Assembly: GCA_977017645.1 (NCBI GenBank)
Contig: OZ360253.1
Location: forward strand, 30,318,001 to 30,382,000
Reading direction: 5' to 3'
Source: Torpedo marmorata
Lineage: Eukaryota
DNA length: 64,000 nucleotides
In this document: one piece after another, positions 1-11,193 of the stretch
How the letters are laid out: every line of letters starts with the position of its first letter
Numbering within the stretch: position 1 is the stretch's first letter
Notes under the pieces: generated by a model
Told to the model about the DNA's origin: nothing
The model's input: the letters and a program-made list of their open reading frames with translations, nothing else
Databases searched by the model: none
Translations under genes and position numbers: made by a program

Positions 1-185
1 CAAGGGAGGAAGCCATCTCTCCCAGGACGCATGTGGGAAAATGCAATCTGTCCGAGTGATAATGAACCAAGATTGAAGTGAGTTGCGGCAAATTAGCAAG
101 TCAGATGGTTTGATCTGCCTGCTGATTGCTCAGGGGCATGAACACTCCATCAACAGATGGAGCTAATCCAAACTGGAGGAGCAAG

Positions 186-882
186 CAGAATCAGAATCAG
201 AATTTATTGTCATGAACAAGTCACAAAATCCATTGTTTTGCTGCAGCGTCACAGCGCAAACATTTCTATAAAACCACCTTACAAAATAAATAAAAATAGT
301 GCAAGAAAAAGTCAAAGTAAGGCAGTGTCTTTGGTTCATTGATTATTCAGGAATCTGATGGCAGCAGGGAAGAAGCTGTCCTTGTGCCGTTGAGTGCTCG
401 TCTTCAGGCTCCTGTGCCTTTTTCCCGATGGTAGCAGAGTGAAGAGGGCACGACCTGGGTGGTGGGGGTCCTTTAGGATAGAGGCTGCTTTCTTCAGACA
501 CCGCCTCTTGTAGAGGTCCTCGATGGAGTGAAGTCTGGTGCCTGTGATGTCGCAGGCCGAGTTAACAACCCTCTGGAGTTTACTCTTGTCCTGGGAGTTG
601 GCGCCTCCATACCAGGCAGTGATGCAACCAGCCAGAATGCTCTCCACGGTACACCTGTAGAAGTTTACGAGAGTCTTTGGTGACATAGCGAATCTCCGCA
701 GACACCTCACAAAGTATAGCCACTGGCGAGCCTTCTTCGTGATTGCATCGACATGGAGGCTCCAGGACAGATCCTCGGAGATGTTGACACCCAGGAATTT
801 GAAGTTCTTGACCCTCTCCATGACTGAGCCCTCGATGAGGACTGGGTCATGTTCCCCTGACTTCCTCCTGAAGTCCGCAATC
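186..882 (-). mobile_element. Rex1/Babar LINE, subfamily A, 5'-truncated 3' fragment
   Basis: RT C-terminal peptide [15 protein letters not shown]...[15 protein letters not shown]...RFLNNQ*; 3' tail CATGACAATAAA followed by (TTCTGA)n on the minus strand. Confidence 0.9.
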
Positions 883-944
883 GCACAGAAACTCTGACCC
901 ACGAACAAAGACTCGTAAATAGCCAGAAAGTGGAAACTAGAGAG

Positions 945-1362
945 CAAAAGGCACTGAGAATTAAAATCAACTTCTCCGGTTTCCGTTAAAACAGCCCTCC
1001 CCCCCTCATCTTCGCCCCTGTTTCTCCTTTCCTTTCGTTCTGTCTCTCTCTTCTCTTCCCTTTTCCCTCTGTCTCCTTTCACAGAACCAAAATCATCTCA
1101 TCTTTCAAACTCATCTTTCCTCTTTTCATATCCAATTGACATCCTTTGTCGGATTCCTCCCCCTCCCATTCTTCCAACTTTCTCTCTCGGTCTTTATTCA
1201 GTCGACTGCCTGCTTTTTGCTTATACCTTGAAGGGCTCAGGCCCGAAACGTCGGTAACATATCTTTACCTCCTATGGACGCTGCGAGACCTGCTGAGTTC
1301 CTCCAGCATTTACTGTGTGTTTTTACTATAATCATAGTGTCTGCAGACCTCCGTGTTTCCCT
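945..1362 (+). mobile_element. Penelope-like element terminal (pLTR) fragment
   Basis: Matches the 3' ends of the GIY-YIG-encoding copies in this window; CCTTG..AAGGGCTCAGGCCCGAAACGTC motif and CTGCTGAGTTCCTCCAGCA end. Confidence 0.8.
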
Positions 1363-1536
1363 AAATAGACACTGACACACAAATACACACAGAAACAAAC
1401 ACGGACGCACACTCACTCTCTCACACTCGTATATTCTCACACTCATACCAGCACATTTTTACACACGCACGCACGCACACACACACCATGAGGAGAGTGG
1501 ACTCAGAGCATTTGATCATCTGTATTACTGACATAC

Positions 1537-1563
1537 ATTTGGCTTTTTAGCACCATGCTTCAT
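1537..1563 (-). other. Candidate first coding segment of an unidentified host gene (MKHGAKKPN followed by a GTATGT donor)
   Basis: accATG at 1563 with an upstream in-frame stop; 27 nt to a GTATGT donor at 1536; unique non-repeat context; no recognised homology. Confidence 0.2.
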
Positions 1564-2245
1564 GGTACAATACACGTCAGAAAGATCTCAGGCACAAATG
1601 TCTGCAGCAGGGATGAGGGCTGTGGATGGTGTGGACTGCGCAGTAAATCGAAGGGTTGGGCCTGCTTCTGCTTTAGTTAGACTGACTGCCCTGTCTGGGC
1701 CGCCAGGCATCCGAGGCATTCAACATCACATTGCAGGTCCCTCCTAAGTGTTCTTCGTGATCTCTTCTTCCTCGCTCACAGTTTTAGATCCCCGTCCATT
1801 ACGGTAATCTCCTCACCCACCAACCCAACATACGTAGACCATAAGACAAAGGAGCAGAAATGGGCCATTCGGCCCATCGAGTCTGCCCCGCCATTTAATC
1901 ACGAGCTGATCCACTTTCCCACTCAGCCCCACTGCCCGGCCTTCTCCCCATAACCTGGCCAATCCCTCATCCTTCACCACTCCTGCCCCAACTCTTTCTC
2001 CTCTCCATAATCTTTGTTTTTGCCCCATTAGCATCTCACACCCTGTAAATCTCAGCACAGGGCATATTCTCTCCAAATCTATGCGTTTTACATTGAACAT
2101 TACAGCACAGTATGGGCTCTGCTGCCCATGATGTTGTGCGGACCTATATAAACCTTCTCCACATTAATCTGACCATTCCCTCCCTCAGTCCACAACTCTC
2201 CATGTTTATTACATCCACGTCCCTATCTCAGAGTCTTTTAAATTT

Positions 2246-2503
2246 TTTAAAAATTTAAATTTAGTCATATAGCATAGTAACAGGCCATTTCGGCCCACGA
2301 GTCCGTGCCGCCCAATTTACACCCAATTAACCTACACCCCCAGTACGTTTCGAATGGTGGGAGGAAACTGGAGTCCCCGGGGAACACCCACACAGACACG
2401 GGGAGAACGTACAAACACCTTACAGACAGCGCGGGATTCGAACCCCGGTCCTAATTGCTAGCGCTGTAAAGGCGCAGCGCTAACCGCTATGCCAACCATG
2501 CCA
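2246..2503 (-). mobile_element. tRNA-derived V-SINE (HE1-like)
   Basis: A box and B box (GGTTCGAATCCC), V-domain GTTTGTACGTTCTCCCCGTGTCTG..GTTTCCTCCCA, (TAAATT)n tail. Confidence 0.88.
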
Positions 2504-2919
2504 CCCAAATGTCCCTCTTTTAAATGTCCCTGTTGTACCACCCTCCACCACCCACCATCACAGGCAATGCATTCCAGACACCCGCCACTCTCTGATATCT
2601 ACCCTAAACTTTTCTCCGTTCACCTTAAATGGATGTGCTCTGGTATTGGCCATTGCCACCCTGGGGAAAAGCTGTTCCAATCTATGCCATTCATAATCTT
2701 ATATACCTCTATTAAAATGCCTCTTGTCCTCCATCGCTCCAAAGAGAAAAACACTGGCTTGCTCAACCTTTCTTCATAAGACATGTTCTCCAATCCAGAC
2801 AACATCCTGGTAAATCTCCTCTGCATCATCTCCACACCCTTCCTATAATGAGGCGACCAGAACTGAAGACAATATTCTAAGTGCGATCCAACTAGAGTTT
2901 TATAGAGCTGCAACATTCC

Positions 2920-3265
2920 CCCTTTCCACCCTGCACACAGCATCTTTCAGCTGCTCCCGTCGGGGAAGAGATTACAGGAGTATCAGAGCCACCACCACCA
3001 GGCTGAGGAACAGCTTCTTCCCACAGGCAGTGAGAATGCTGAACGACCAAAGGAACTGCTCACACTAACCATCCGAGACCCTCATATTCATGAAACAATA
3101 TTTACTTATTTATTTGTATACATGAGTACTTGTTCTGCATATGAACTGTTTGTCTGTATGTGTGTTATGTCTGGTTGTGTATCTGTGCGTTTTGCACCGA
3201 GGACCGGAGAACGCTGTTTCGTCAGGTTGTTCTTGTACAATCAGATGACAATAAACTTAAATTGA
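2920..3265 (+). mobile_element. Rex1/Babar subfamily D 3' fragment
   Basis: Near-identical to 35920-36260 (TTRLRNSFFP.AVRMLNDQ); GATGACAATAAACTT tail. Confidence 0.85.
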
Positions 3266-3742
3266 ACATTACCTTGCAGCTCTTGAACTCAATCCCCGAC
3301 TAATGACGGCCAGCACACCATTCGCTTCTTAACCACCCTATCAACCTGTGCAGCAACCTTCAGGATCTATGGGCCTGAACCTCAAGATCCCTCTGTTCCT
3401 CCACACCGTCAAAAATCCTTTTAAAACTGTCATGGAAGAGAAGAGTCACATGGTGTGCATTTATCACAGACAGTCTGCACCAACAACAAAAACACTTAAC
3501 ATGTGAGTACTTTGTGTTGACTTGTTAAAAAAAAAAGTTACTTCTTTGCATAGGATATACAGGTATCTGCTGCATTTCAATCCATTCGCAAATTGGCAAC
3601 AAGGATGGTAACTTTGTTTCTAAAGAAGGGCACTGGTGACTCAACAATATAGCAAGTTCTAGATGAGATTGTAGTGCCGAAACGAATAATTCAAGATTTT
3701 CGAGCACCCACTTACATGACATTTCAGTTCATTGACAAATGA

Positions 3743-4855
3743 TCGGCTGCTCTTCATCGACTACAGCTCGGCCTTCAATACCATTATTCCCTCAGTGCTG
3801 GTCAAGAAGCTACAAACTCTAGGCCTCTGTACCCCACTCTGCAACTGGATCCTTGACTTTCTCATCGGAAGACCACAGTCAGTACGAATTGGAAACAACG
3901 TCTCCTCCTCACTGATTATCAACACAGGCACACCCCAAGGATGCGTGCTTAGTCCACTGCTCTACTCGTTATACACCCATGACTGTGTGGCCAGGCACAA
4001 TTCCAATGCCATCTACAAGTTTGCCGATGACACCACAGTTGTCGGCAGAATCACAAACGGCAATGAGGAAGCGTACAGGAGGGAGATAGATCAGCTCATT
4101 AAATGGTGTAATGGCAACAACCTTGAGCTCAACGTCAGCAAAACCAAGGAGATGATTGTGGACTTCAGGAGGAAGTCAGGGGAACATGACCCAGTCCTCA
4201 TCGAGGGCTCAGTAGTGGAGAGGGTCAAGAACTTCAAATTCCTGGGTGTCAACATCTCCGAGGATCTGTCCTGGAGCCTCCACGTTGATGCAATCACAAA
4301 GAAGGCTCGTCAGCGGCTATACTTTGTGAGGTGTCTGCGGAGATTCGGTATGTCACCAAAGACTCTTGTAAACTTCTACAGGTGTACCGTGGAGAGCATT
4401 CTGGCTGGTTGCATCACTGCCTGGTATGGAGGCGCCAACTCCCAGGATAAGAGTAAACTCCAAAGGGTTGTTAACTCGGCCTGTGACATCACAGGCACCA
4501 AACTACACTCCATCGAGGACATCTACATGAGGCGGTGTCTTAAAAAAGCAGCCTCTATCCTCAAAGACCCCCACCACCCAGGCCATGCCCTCTTCACTCT
4601 GCTTCCATCGGGAAAAAGGTACAGGAGCCTAAAGACGAGCACTCAACGGCACAAGGACAGCTTCTTCCCCGCTGCCATCAGATTCCTGAATAATCAATGA
4701 ATAAAAGACACTGCCTTACTTTTCGTGCACTATTGTTTATAATTTTTTATTGTAATGTCGTAAGATGGTTAATATGAATGTTAATTGCACTATGATGCTG
4801 CCGCAAAACTCCGAATTTCATGACTTGTTCATGACAATACATTCTGATCCTGATT
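3743..4855 (+). mobile_element. Rex1/Babar LINE subfamily A, 5'-truncated, with an open RT fragment (ORF 3732-4700)
   Basis: [30 protein letters not shown] and FLG motifs; ends RFLNNQ*; 3' UTR with tail. Confidence 0.95.
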
Positions 4856-4909
4856 TTACATTCACTCTCCCCTGCGCAGCTGCTATAAGAACATAAGAAA
4901 TAGGAACAG

Positions 4910-5534
4910 CAATACGTAAAAATTCTGTCTGGAACATATTTAATTTCACTTTAACACTGGTTCCTTCAATATCTCCAAACAAAAATATCATAGGATCCAT
5001 TGGAAGTGTAGTTCCTAATACTTTATCTAAAAAATTTTTAACTTTCAACCAAAAATGTATTGCTTTAGCCGTTTCTAAGAAATGTATTGCCACTACATGG
5101 AAGTCGGATGTAGATTTGGGGTTGGAAAGATGGCACGCAGAATTGCGTTCTTGCATACCACTCGAAAAAATTACATATAATTTACGTGATAAGTATCATT
5201 TCTTTTTGGAAGTATGGAGCCCATATATAAAAATTGTTGGTTTAAGGATTTGAAGATCTCTGGACATCGGGTCTGGCTGGCGAGCCTATCCTCCACAATA
5301 AGATCAGTTTATAGTTGTTCTTTTTAGATTGACATTCTCCTTACTCTACCCTTTTCTTCTTCTTTCTTTCTTTTCGGGAGGGTTAGGGAGGGGAGGGAGG
5401 GTGGGAGGGAGGGGGGGTGAAAATGTATCACATGTAATTTGAGAAATTTGCGTTTTAAACTGTGTATTGTGTGATTTAAAAATTTTAAATAAAATATTTT
5501 TTTTTTAAAAACCTGCACGGCAAAAAAAAAAGAA
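4910..5534 (+). mobile_element. L1/Tx1-type LINE 3' end with 5' inversion, 15-bp TSD
   Basis: 4910-5058 antisense and 5059-5253 sense ORF2 C-terminus (CIPLEKITYNLR); poly(A); TSD AAGAAATAGGAACAG at 4895-4909 and 5535-5549. Confidence 0.9.
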
Positions 5535-6075
5535 AAGAAATAGGAACAGGAGTAGTCCATCCGGCCCGTCGAGCCTGCTCCGCCATTCAATGAGATCACG
5601 GCTGATCTGATGATAGGCTCATCTCCACCTTCCTGTCTTTTCCTCATATCCTTTAATTCCCCTACTATGTAGAAATCTATCCAACATTGTCTTAAATATA
5701 TTTACTGAGGTCGCCTCCACTGCTTCAATGGGCAGCGAATTCCATAGATTCACCACCATCTGGGAAAAGCAGTTCCTCCTCATCTCCGTCCTAAATCTAC
5801 TACCCTGAATCTTGAGGCTATGTCCCCTAGTTCTAGTCTCCCCTACCAATGGAAACAATTTACCTACCTCTATCTTATCTATGCCTTTCATGATTTTATA
5901 CGTTTCCATAAGATCCCCTCTCATTCTTCTAAATTCCAGCGAGTTAAGTCCCAGACTGGTGAACCTCCTCTGCACCGCCTCCAAAGCCAGTAAGTACATC
6001 CTTCCTCAAGTAAGGAGACCAGAACTGCACGCAGTACTCCAGATGCGGCCTCACCAGTACTTTGTACAGTTGCAA
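5535..6075 (-). mobile_element. CR1 LINE 3' fragment (tail at 4886-4909 separated by the L1 insertion)
   Basis: LEAVQRRFT...RRMRGDLMETYKIMKG...TRGHSLKI...VVNLWNSLP; (TTCTTATG)n tail. Confidence 0.92.
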
Positions 6076-6544
6076 ACTCACACACGGTATCTCCCTCTCC
6101 CTCACCCTTCAATCCTCCCTCTATCTCCTACACCCCACCCTGCAATCTTCTCCTCTCTCTGTCCCTCCACTCCACAATCCCCTCTCTCCTGTCAATCCTT
6201 TCTCTCCCCCCAACTCAATCAGTTATCCCACAATGTGATCCACTCTCCCCCAGCCCTCCCCGCTTTGTTCTCCCCACCCCAACACAAAGAAACCATGCCA
6301 AAAATCAATTCCCACCACCTTCCCCAGTCTCTGAGGTGGCTGGAAATGGTGGACGCTGGAGAGAGCCGAGAGGGAGGTTCGGTGAGGAGGCTTCGTCATG
6401 CCGTGGGTTTCACCCATGAGAGAACATCACCGCCTGGCCCCCCATGAAACAGACCCCCACTTTAGTTCTGACCGTCGCCCGCCCAATCGTTGCACCCCAT
6501 CGATCTAATGAAGGACACAGGAACAGGATGTCTGACTTGGAGGA

Positions 6545-6760
6545 TGGTGAATCTGTGGAATTTGTTGCCACAGGCTGTTGTGGAGGCCAAGTCATTGAGG
6601 TAGAGATTGATAGGTTCTTGATTAGCCAGGGCATCAAATATATGGGGAGAGGGCTGGGCAGTGGAGCTGAGTGGGAAAATAGATCCACTCATGATTGAAT
6701 GGTAGAGCAGACTCGATGGGCTGAATGGCCTATTTCTTCTCCTCCATAGGTCTCATGGTC
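6545..6760 (+). mobile_element. CR1 3' end fragment
   Basis: GGTGAATCTGTGGAATTTGTTGCC...GATGGGCTGAATGGCCT, homologous to the copy at 12316-12850. Confidence 0.8.
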
Positions 6761-7345
6761 AATCTCAGATTTATTGTCAAAGTACATACATGACATCACA
6801 TACAACCTTGAAATTCTTTTTCCTGTGGGTGAGGCAGAATTACCACTTATTGGTAGTGCAAAAAAACTGTACTCAACGTATACATGTAAACAAATAAAGA
6901 AATGTAAAAAAAATGTGCAATACAGAGAGAAAAAAAATCAATAAAGTGTAAAAGTAAGAGTCCTTAAATGAGTCCCTGATTGAGTTTGTTGTTGAGGAGT
7001 CTGATGGTGGAGGGGTAGCAGCTGTTCCTGAACCTGGTGGTGCGAGTCTTGTGGCACCTATACCTCTTTCCTGATGGTAGCAGCGAGAACAGAGCGTGTG
7101 CTGGGAGGTGTGGATCCTTGATGATTGCTGCTGCTCTCCGACGGCAGGGTTCCCTGTAGATGTTCTCGATGGTGGGGAGGGTTTTGCCTGTGATGTCCTG
7201 GGCTGTGTCCACTGCCAGGGCTTTCCGCTCAGGGGCATTGGTGTCCCCATACCAGACCGTGATGCAGCCGGTCAGCACACCTTCCTCCGCACATCTCTGG
7301 AAATTTGCCAGGGTTTCCGATGTCACACCAAACCTCCGCAAACTT
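6761..7345 (-). mobile_element. Rex1/Babar subfamily C 3' fragment
   Basis: LTGCITVWYG...[38 protein letters not shown]; GACAATAAATCTGA tail. Confidence 0.9.
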
Positions 7346-7759
7346 CTGCCCCTATGTCTTCCTTTGACCAAACAGTCAATGTATTAGCATTTCATTTACA
7401 TAATCTCAGACTTTCTCTGAGGGATGTGGGATAACTTGCAAATCACAGAGCCACTGCAAATCCCGCCGCCTTGATGTTTTGTCAATTGGCTGCGTCTGCA
7501 GCCTATTTGTTTCATGACTTTGGCCAAATCAGTCCAATTTATCATGACAAATACCATCAAGCATGCAGTGATAGTTACACAGAGTGAAAAGGCAAACAGA
7601 AAATTTCAGTAATTGGAATCACAAATAATAGCTGCTGTCTTTGTTTTGTCTCAAGGTCAGAGGAGAACCAAATTGCTCAAGGAGCCTCTTTAACAACCGT
7701 GCAAACCCCATCCTTGACGCTTCTTTTGTTTTTAAATTGCAAATTAACACTTACTGTCA

Positions 7760-8172
7760 CTAAAAACACACTGAAATGCTGGAGGAACTCAGCCGGTCTC
7801 GCAGCATCCACAGGAGGCAAAGATATATTACCGATGTTTTGGGTCTGAGCCCTTCTTCAAGGAATAAGCAAAGAACAGGAAGGCGTCAGAATAAAGACAG
7901 TGCTGGTCGGGGGAGGAGTCCAGGCCAACAAAAGTTGTTAATTGGATATGATAAGTGGAGAGGTGAGAATTGATTTTGGCTCCGTGGAAGGGGTCTTGTC
8001 TTTATTCTGACGCCTTCCTGTTCTTTGCTTATTCCTTGAAGAAGGGCTCAGGCCCGAAACGTCAGTAGTATATCTTTACCTCCTGTGGACGCTGCAAGAC
8101 CGGCTGAGTTCCTCCAGCATTTACTGCGTGTGTTTTACTGCAATCACAGCGTCTGCAGACTTCCGTGTTTCA
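7760..8172. mobile_element. Penelope-like pLTR pair in inverted (palindromic) arrangement
   Basis: 7778-7900 is the reverse complement of 7998-8118; TTACTGTC on both flanks (7751-7758, 8174-8181) is a possible TSD. Confidence 0.85.
8031..8068 (+). ncRNA. Minimal type I hammerhead-like ribozyme motif in a Penelope pLTR
   Basis: TTGAAGA-A-GGG ctcagg CCC-GAAAC-GTC; PLE-encoded minimal hammerheads are established; the core has U in place of C3. Confidence 0.55.
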
Positions 8173-8604
8173 TTTACTGTCGCTTTACCAATTGCACGAA
8201 GGCATCTGAAATAAAATGCTAACGCTGCTATCTAAATACAAGTCGTTGTTGTTGTTCCTTCCTTCACACTGATCTCAGGCTAATATACTAACGTTGTCCT
8301 GGGCCCATACCGGATTCAAGGGAAATAAACAGCGGTGAAATGCACAACAGGTCTTTGGTCCAATGTTAAAGGCCATGGAGTATAACTTCAAAACTCGGTC
8401 GCTGTGGCTCGAGAGAGGATCAGCAATCTGGAAAACTTGAGAAGTGCATTCGTACCTTATCATGGCAGCTGTGAAAGGAAATAAATTATTTGACTTAATT
8501 ATGAAGGAATTAAAAGCATCGGGAAATAGGAGCAGGAATAGCCCATTCAGCCCCTCAATCTGTCCTGTTGTTCAATATGATCAGAGTTGATCAGCACCAG
8601 GCCT

Positions 8605-8852
8605 CGCTCTTCACACTGCTACCATCAGGAAAAGGGTACAAGAGCCTGAAGACAAACACCCAACGGTTCCAAAACAGCCTCTTCTCCATTGCCATCAGAT
8701 TTCTGAATGGACAATGAACCACAGACAGCACCTCACTTTCTCTTCTATTGCACTAATTTATTTTTAAAATTTATCGCAATTTTGCACCCATGATGCTGCC
8801 GCAAAACAACGAATTTCGTGACATGTTCATGACAATAAATTCTGATTCTGAT
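8605..8852 (+). mobile_element. Rex1/Babar subfamily E 3' end
   Basis: Homologous to 59040-59293; CATGACAATAAATTCTGATTCTGA tail. Confidence 0.8.
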
Positions 8853-9339
8853 CTCCTCTTCCACACAGTCCTCAATTATCCGGCCTCAAAAATAAATAAA
8901 TCAAAGCAGGCGGGATCAATCGGTCATGGTGATCATACCTGTCTAACAAACACTTCTTTTTAGTGAAGGACATCTGCCGCTGTCCCTGCCTGATCTGGAC
9001 ATATCCATCTGTGACTCCGGCAATGTAGTTGAAAGCATTCAGTTCACTGAGTCATTGGGGGAGCCAATAATGAGAGACCGAAATCTGCAGACGCTGTGAC
9101 TATAGAAAAAACATAGAAATGGCCTGCACTCTCTGCCATAGCTGGCCTGTATTTTGATTAGCCAGGGCATCAAATATATGGGGAGAAGGAGGGGCTGAGT
9201 GGGAGAATAGATCAGCTCAACGTCTCCTCCTCACTGACGTTCAACACAGGCGCACCTCAAGGATGCGTGCTTAGCCCTCAGCTCAACTCACTCTACACCC
9301 ATGACTGTGTGGCTAGGCACAATTCAAATGATATCTACA

Positions 9340-9895
9340 AATTGCTGGAGAAACTCAGCAGGTCTCGCAGCGTCCATAGGATGTAAAGATATATAACCAA
9401 CGTTTCGGGCCTGAGCCCTTCTTCAAGGTATAAGCAAAAAGCAGGCAGGCGCCTGAATAAAAAGGCTGGGGGTGGAGGGAAGAAAGGGGCAGGGGGAGGA
9501 GCAACAGACAAAAAGGTGATCATTGGACATTTGTAAGGTGGACAGGAGAGGAAAGGTGAGAATTGATCAGGGGTGTGAATGCAGAGCTGGAGAAAAGGAG
9601 AGAGAGAGAGAGAGATGGAGATGGAGGAAAGGAGAAATAGGAATAGGGGAAGGGGAGAGACGGGGGTGGGGGCTAATGGAAACCGGAGAAGTCGATGTTA
9701 ATGCCATCTGATTGAAGGGTGCCCAGACGGAATATGAGGTGTTGTTCCTCCTATTTTCAGGTGGTCTCAGTCTGGCAGTGCATAAGACCATGGACAGACA
9801 CGTAAGCATGGGTATGGGGAGAGGAATTGAAATGGGTGGCCACTGGGAGATCCACGCTATTGCAGCGGACAGAGCGAAGGAGCTGAACGAAGCAA
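9340..9895 (-). mobile_element. Penelope-like element 3' fragment (GIY-YIG C-terminus plus pLTR)
   Basis: LRSVRCNSVDLPVATHFNS..HAYVSVHGL peptide; hammerhead-like motif at 9395-9431. Confidence 0.88.
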
Positions 9896-9897
9896 AG

Positions 9898-10582
9898 CGA
9901 GACCAAGATTAACCTGTATGAGAGAGATGGCAAGAGCAAAGTGCGGAGGCGTAGGGAACTGCCCAAGATCCAAAGCATACCACCTTATCTGTGAAACATG
10001 GTGCAGGGGGTGTTGTGGCCTGGGCATGTGTGGCTGCTACAGGTACTGGCACATTTATCTTCATTGATGATGTAACTGCTGATGGCAGAGGCAAAATTAA
10101 TTCTGAAATGTTTAGAACCATCTTATCTGCTCAAGTTCGTGCAAATGCCTCCAAACTCATTGGACGGTGCTTCATCCTACAATGATCTCAAACATACTGC
10201 TAAAGCAACAAAGGAGTCTTTCAAAACGAAAAACTGGAAAATTCTTGAATGGCCAAGTCAGTCACTCCATCTAAATCCAATTGAGCTTGCCTTCCATATG
10301 CTGAAGAGAAAACGTAAGGGGACAAGCCCCCGAAATAAGCAGGAGCTGAAGATGGCTGCAGTAGAGACCTGGCAGAGCATCACCAGAGAAGATACTCAGC
10401 ACCTGGTGATGTCTGTGAATCACAGACTTCAAGCAGTCATTGCATGCAAGGGATATGCAACAAAGTGCTAAACATGTCTACTTTAATATACATACCATTG
10501 CTATGTCCCAAATATTATGGTGCCCTGAAATGAGGGGACTATGTATAAAAAGTGCTGTCCCAAACATTATGGACAGCACTGT
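9898..10582 (+). mobile_element. Tc1 transposon, C-terminal transposase half plus right TIR (defective)
   Basis: VKHGAGGVVAWAC, NDLKHTAK and EWPSQSLHLNPIE motifs (variant of WPSQSPDLNPIE); TIR end TGTCCCAAACATTATGGACAGCACTG-TA. Confidence 0.92.
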
Positions 10583-10677
10583 ATAATACTGAAAGTTCCA
10601 TTCCTTCTCTTCATTCAGTTGGCCAGGGGGCCTAGGAGCTGGGCTTGTTTCAGTTTAATGAGCAAGTACCTCACCAG

Positions 10678-11193
10678 GATGATTACTGCGCTCACCAGTA
10701 CGCTCGTTCTTCTTAATGATGTTCCAAACTGTTGATTTTGGTAATCCTAAGGTTTGGGCGATGTCTCTTACTGTTTTATTCTTGTTTTCCAGCCTCATAA
10801 TGACTTCTTCGACTTTCATTGGCACAACTCTGGTCCTCATGTTGAAAAATGGCAACTACAGACTCCAAAGGTGATCAAAAGCTTAGAAGCAAGCCTAGCT
10901 CTCTTATACCTGCACCGATGAAGCAATTAAACATTCCTGAGTAATCACAAACACATTTGAAGCCAAATGTCCCAAATATTATGGTGCCCTGAAATGAGGG
11001 GACAGACTATGTAGAAAAAGCGCTGTAATTTCTACATGGTCAAACCAAACTGTATACAAATAACCTTGAATAAAATCTGGAATGTGCACTTTAATCACAT
11101 GTGAATTCTTTGATTACAAATTTAAAACTGTGGAGCACAGGGGCAAATAAAAGAAAAAAGGGTCTTTGTCCCAAACATTATGGAGGGCTCTGC
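10678..11193 (-). mobile_element. Tc1 transposon, N-terminal (HTH) half plus TIR, in the opposite orientation
   Basis: KTVRDIAQTLGLPKSTVWNIIKK paired-like HTH; TIR TGTCCCAAACATTATGGAGGGCTCTG at about 11168-11193. Confidence 0.88.

Larger units (their letters stand above)
2090..3420 (-). mobile_element. Degraded CR1 LINE 3' portion, interrupted by a SINE and a Rex1 fragment
   Basis: ORF 2620-2943 LQLYKTLVGSHLEYCLQFWSPHY...QRRFTRM...YKIMNG, typical of the CR1 RT C-terminus. Confidence 0.8.
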
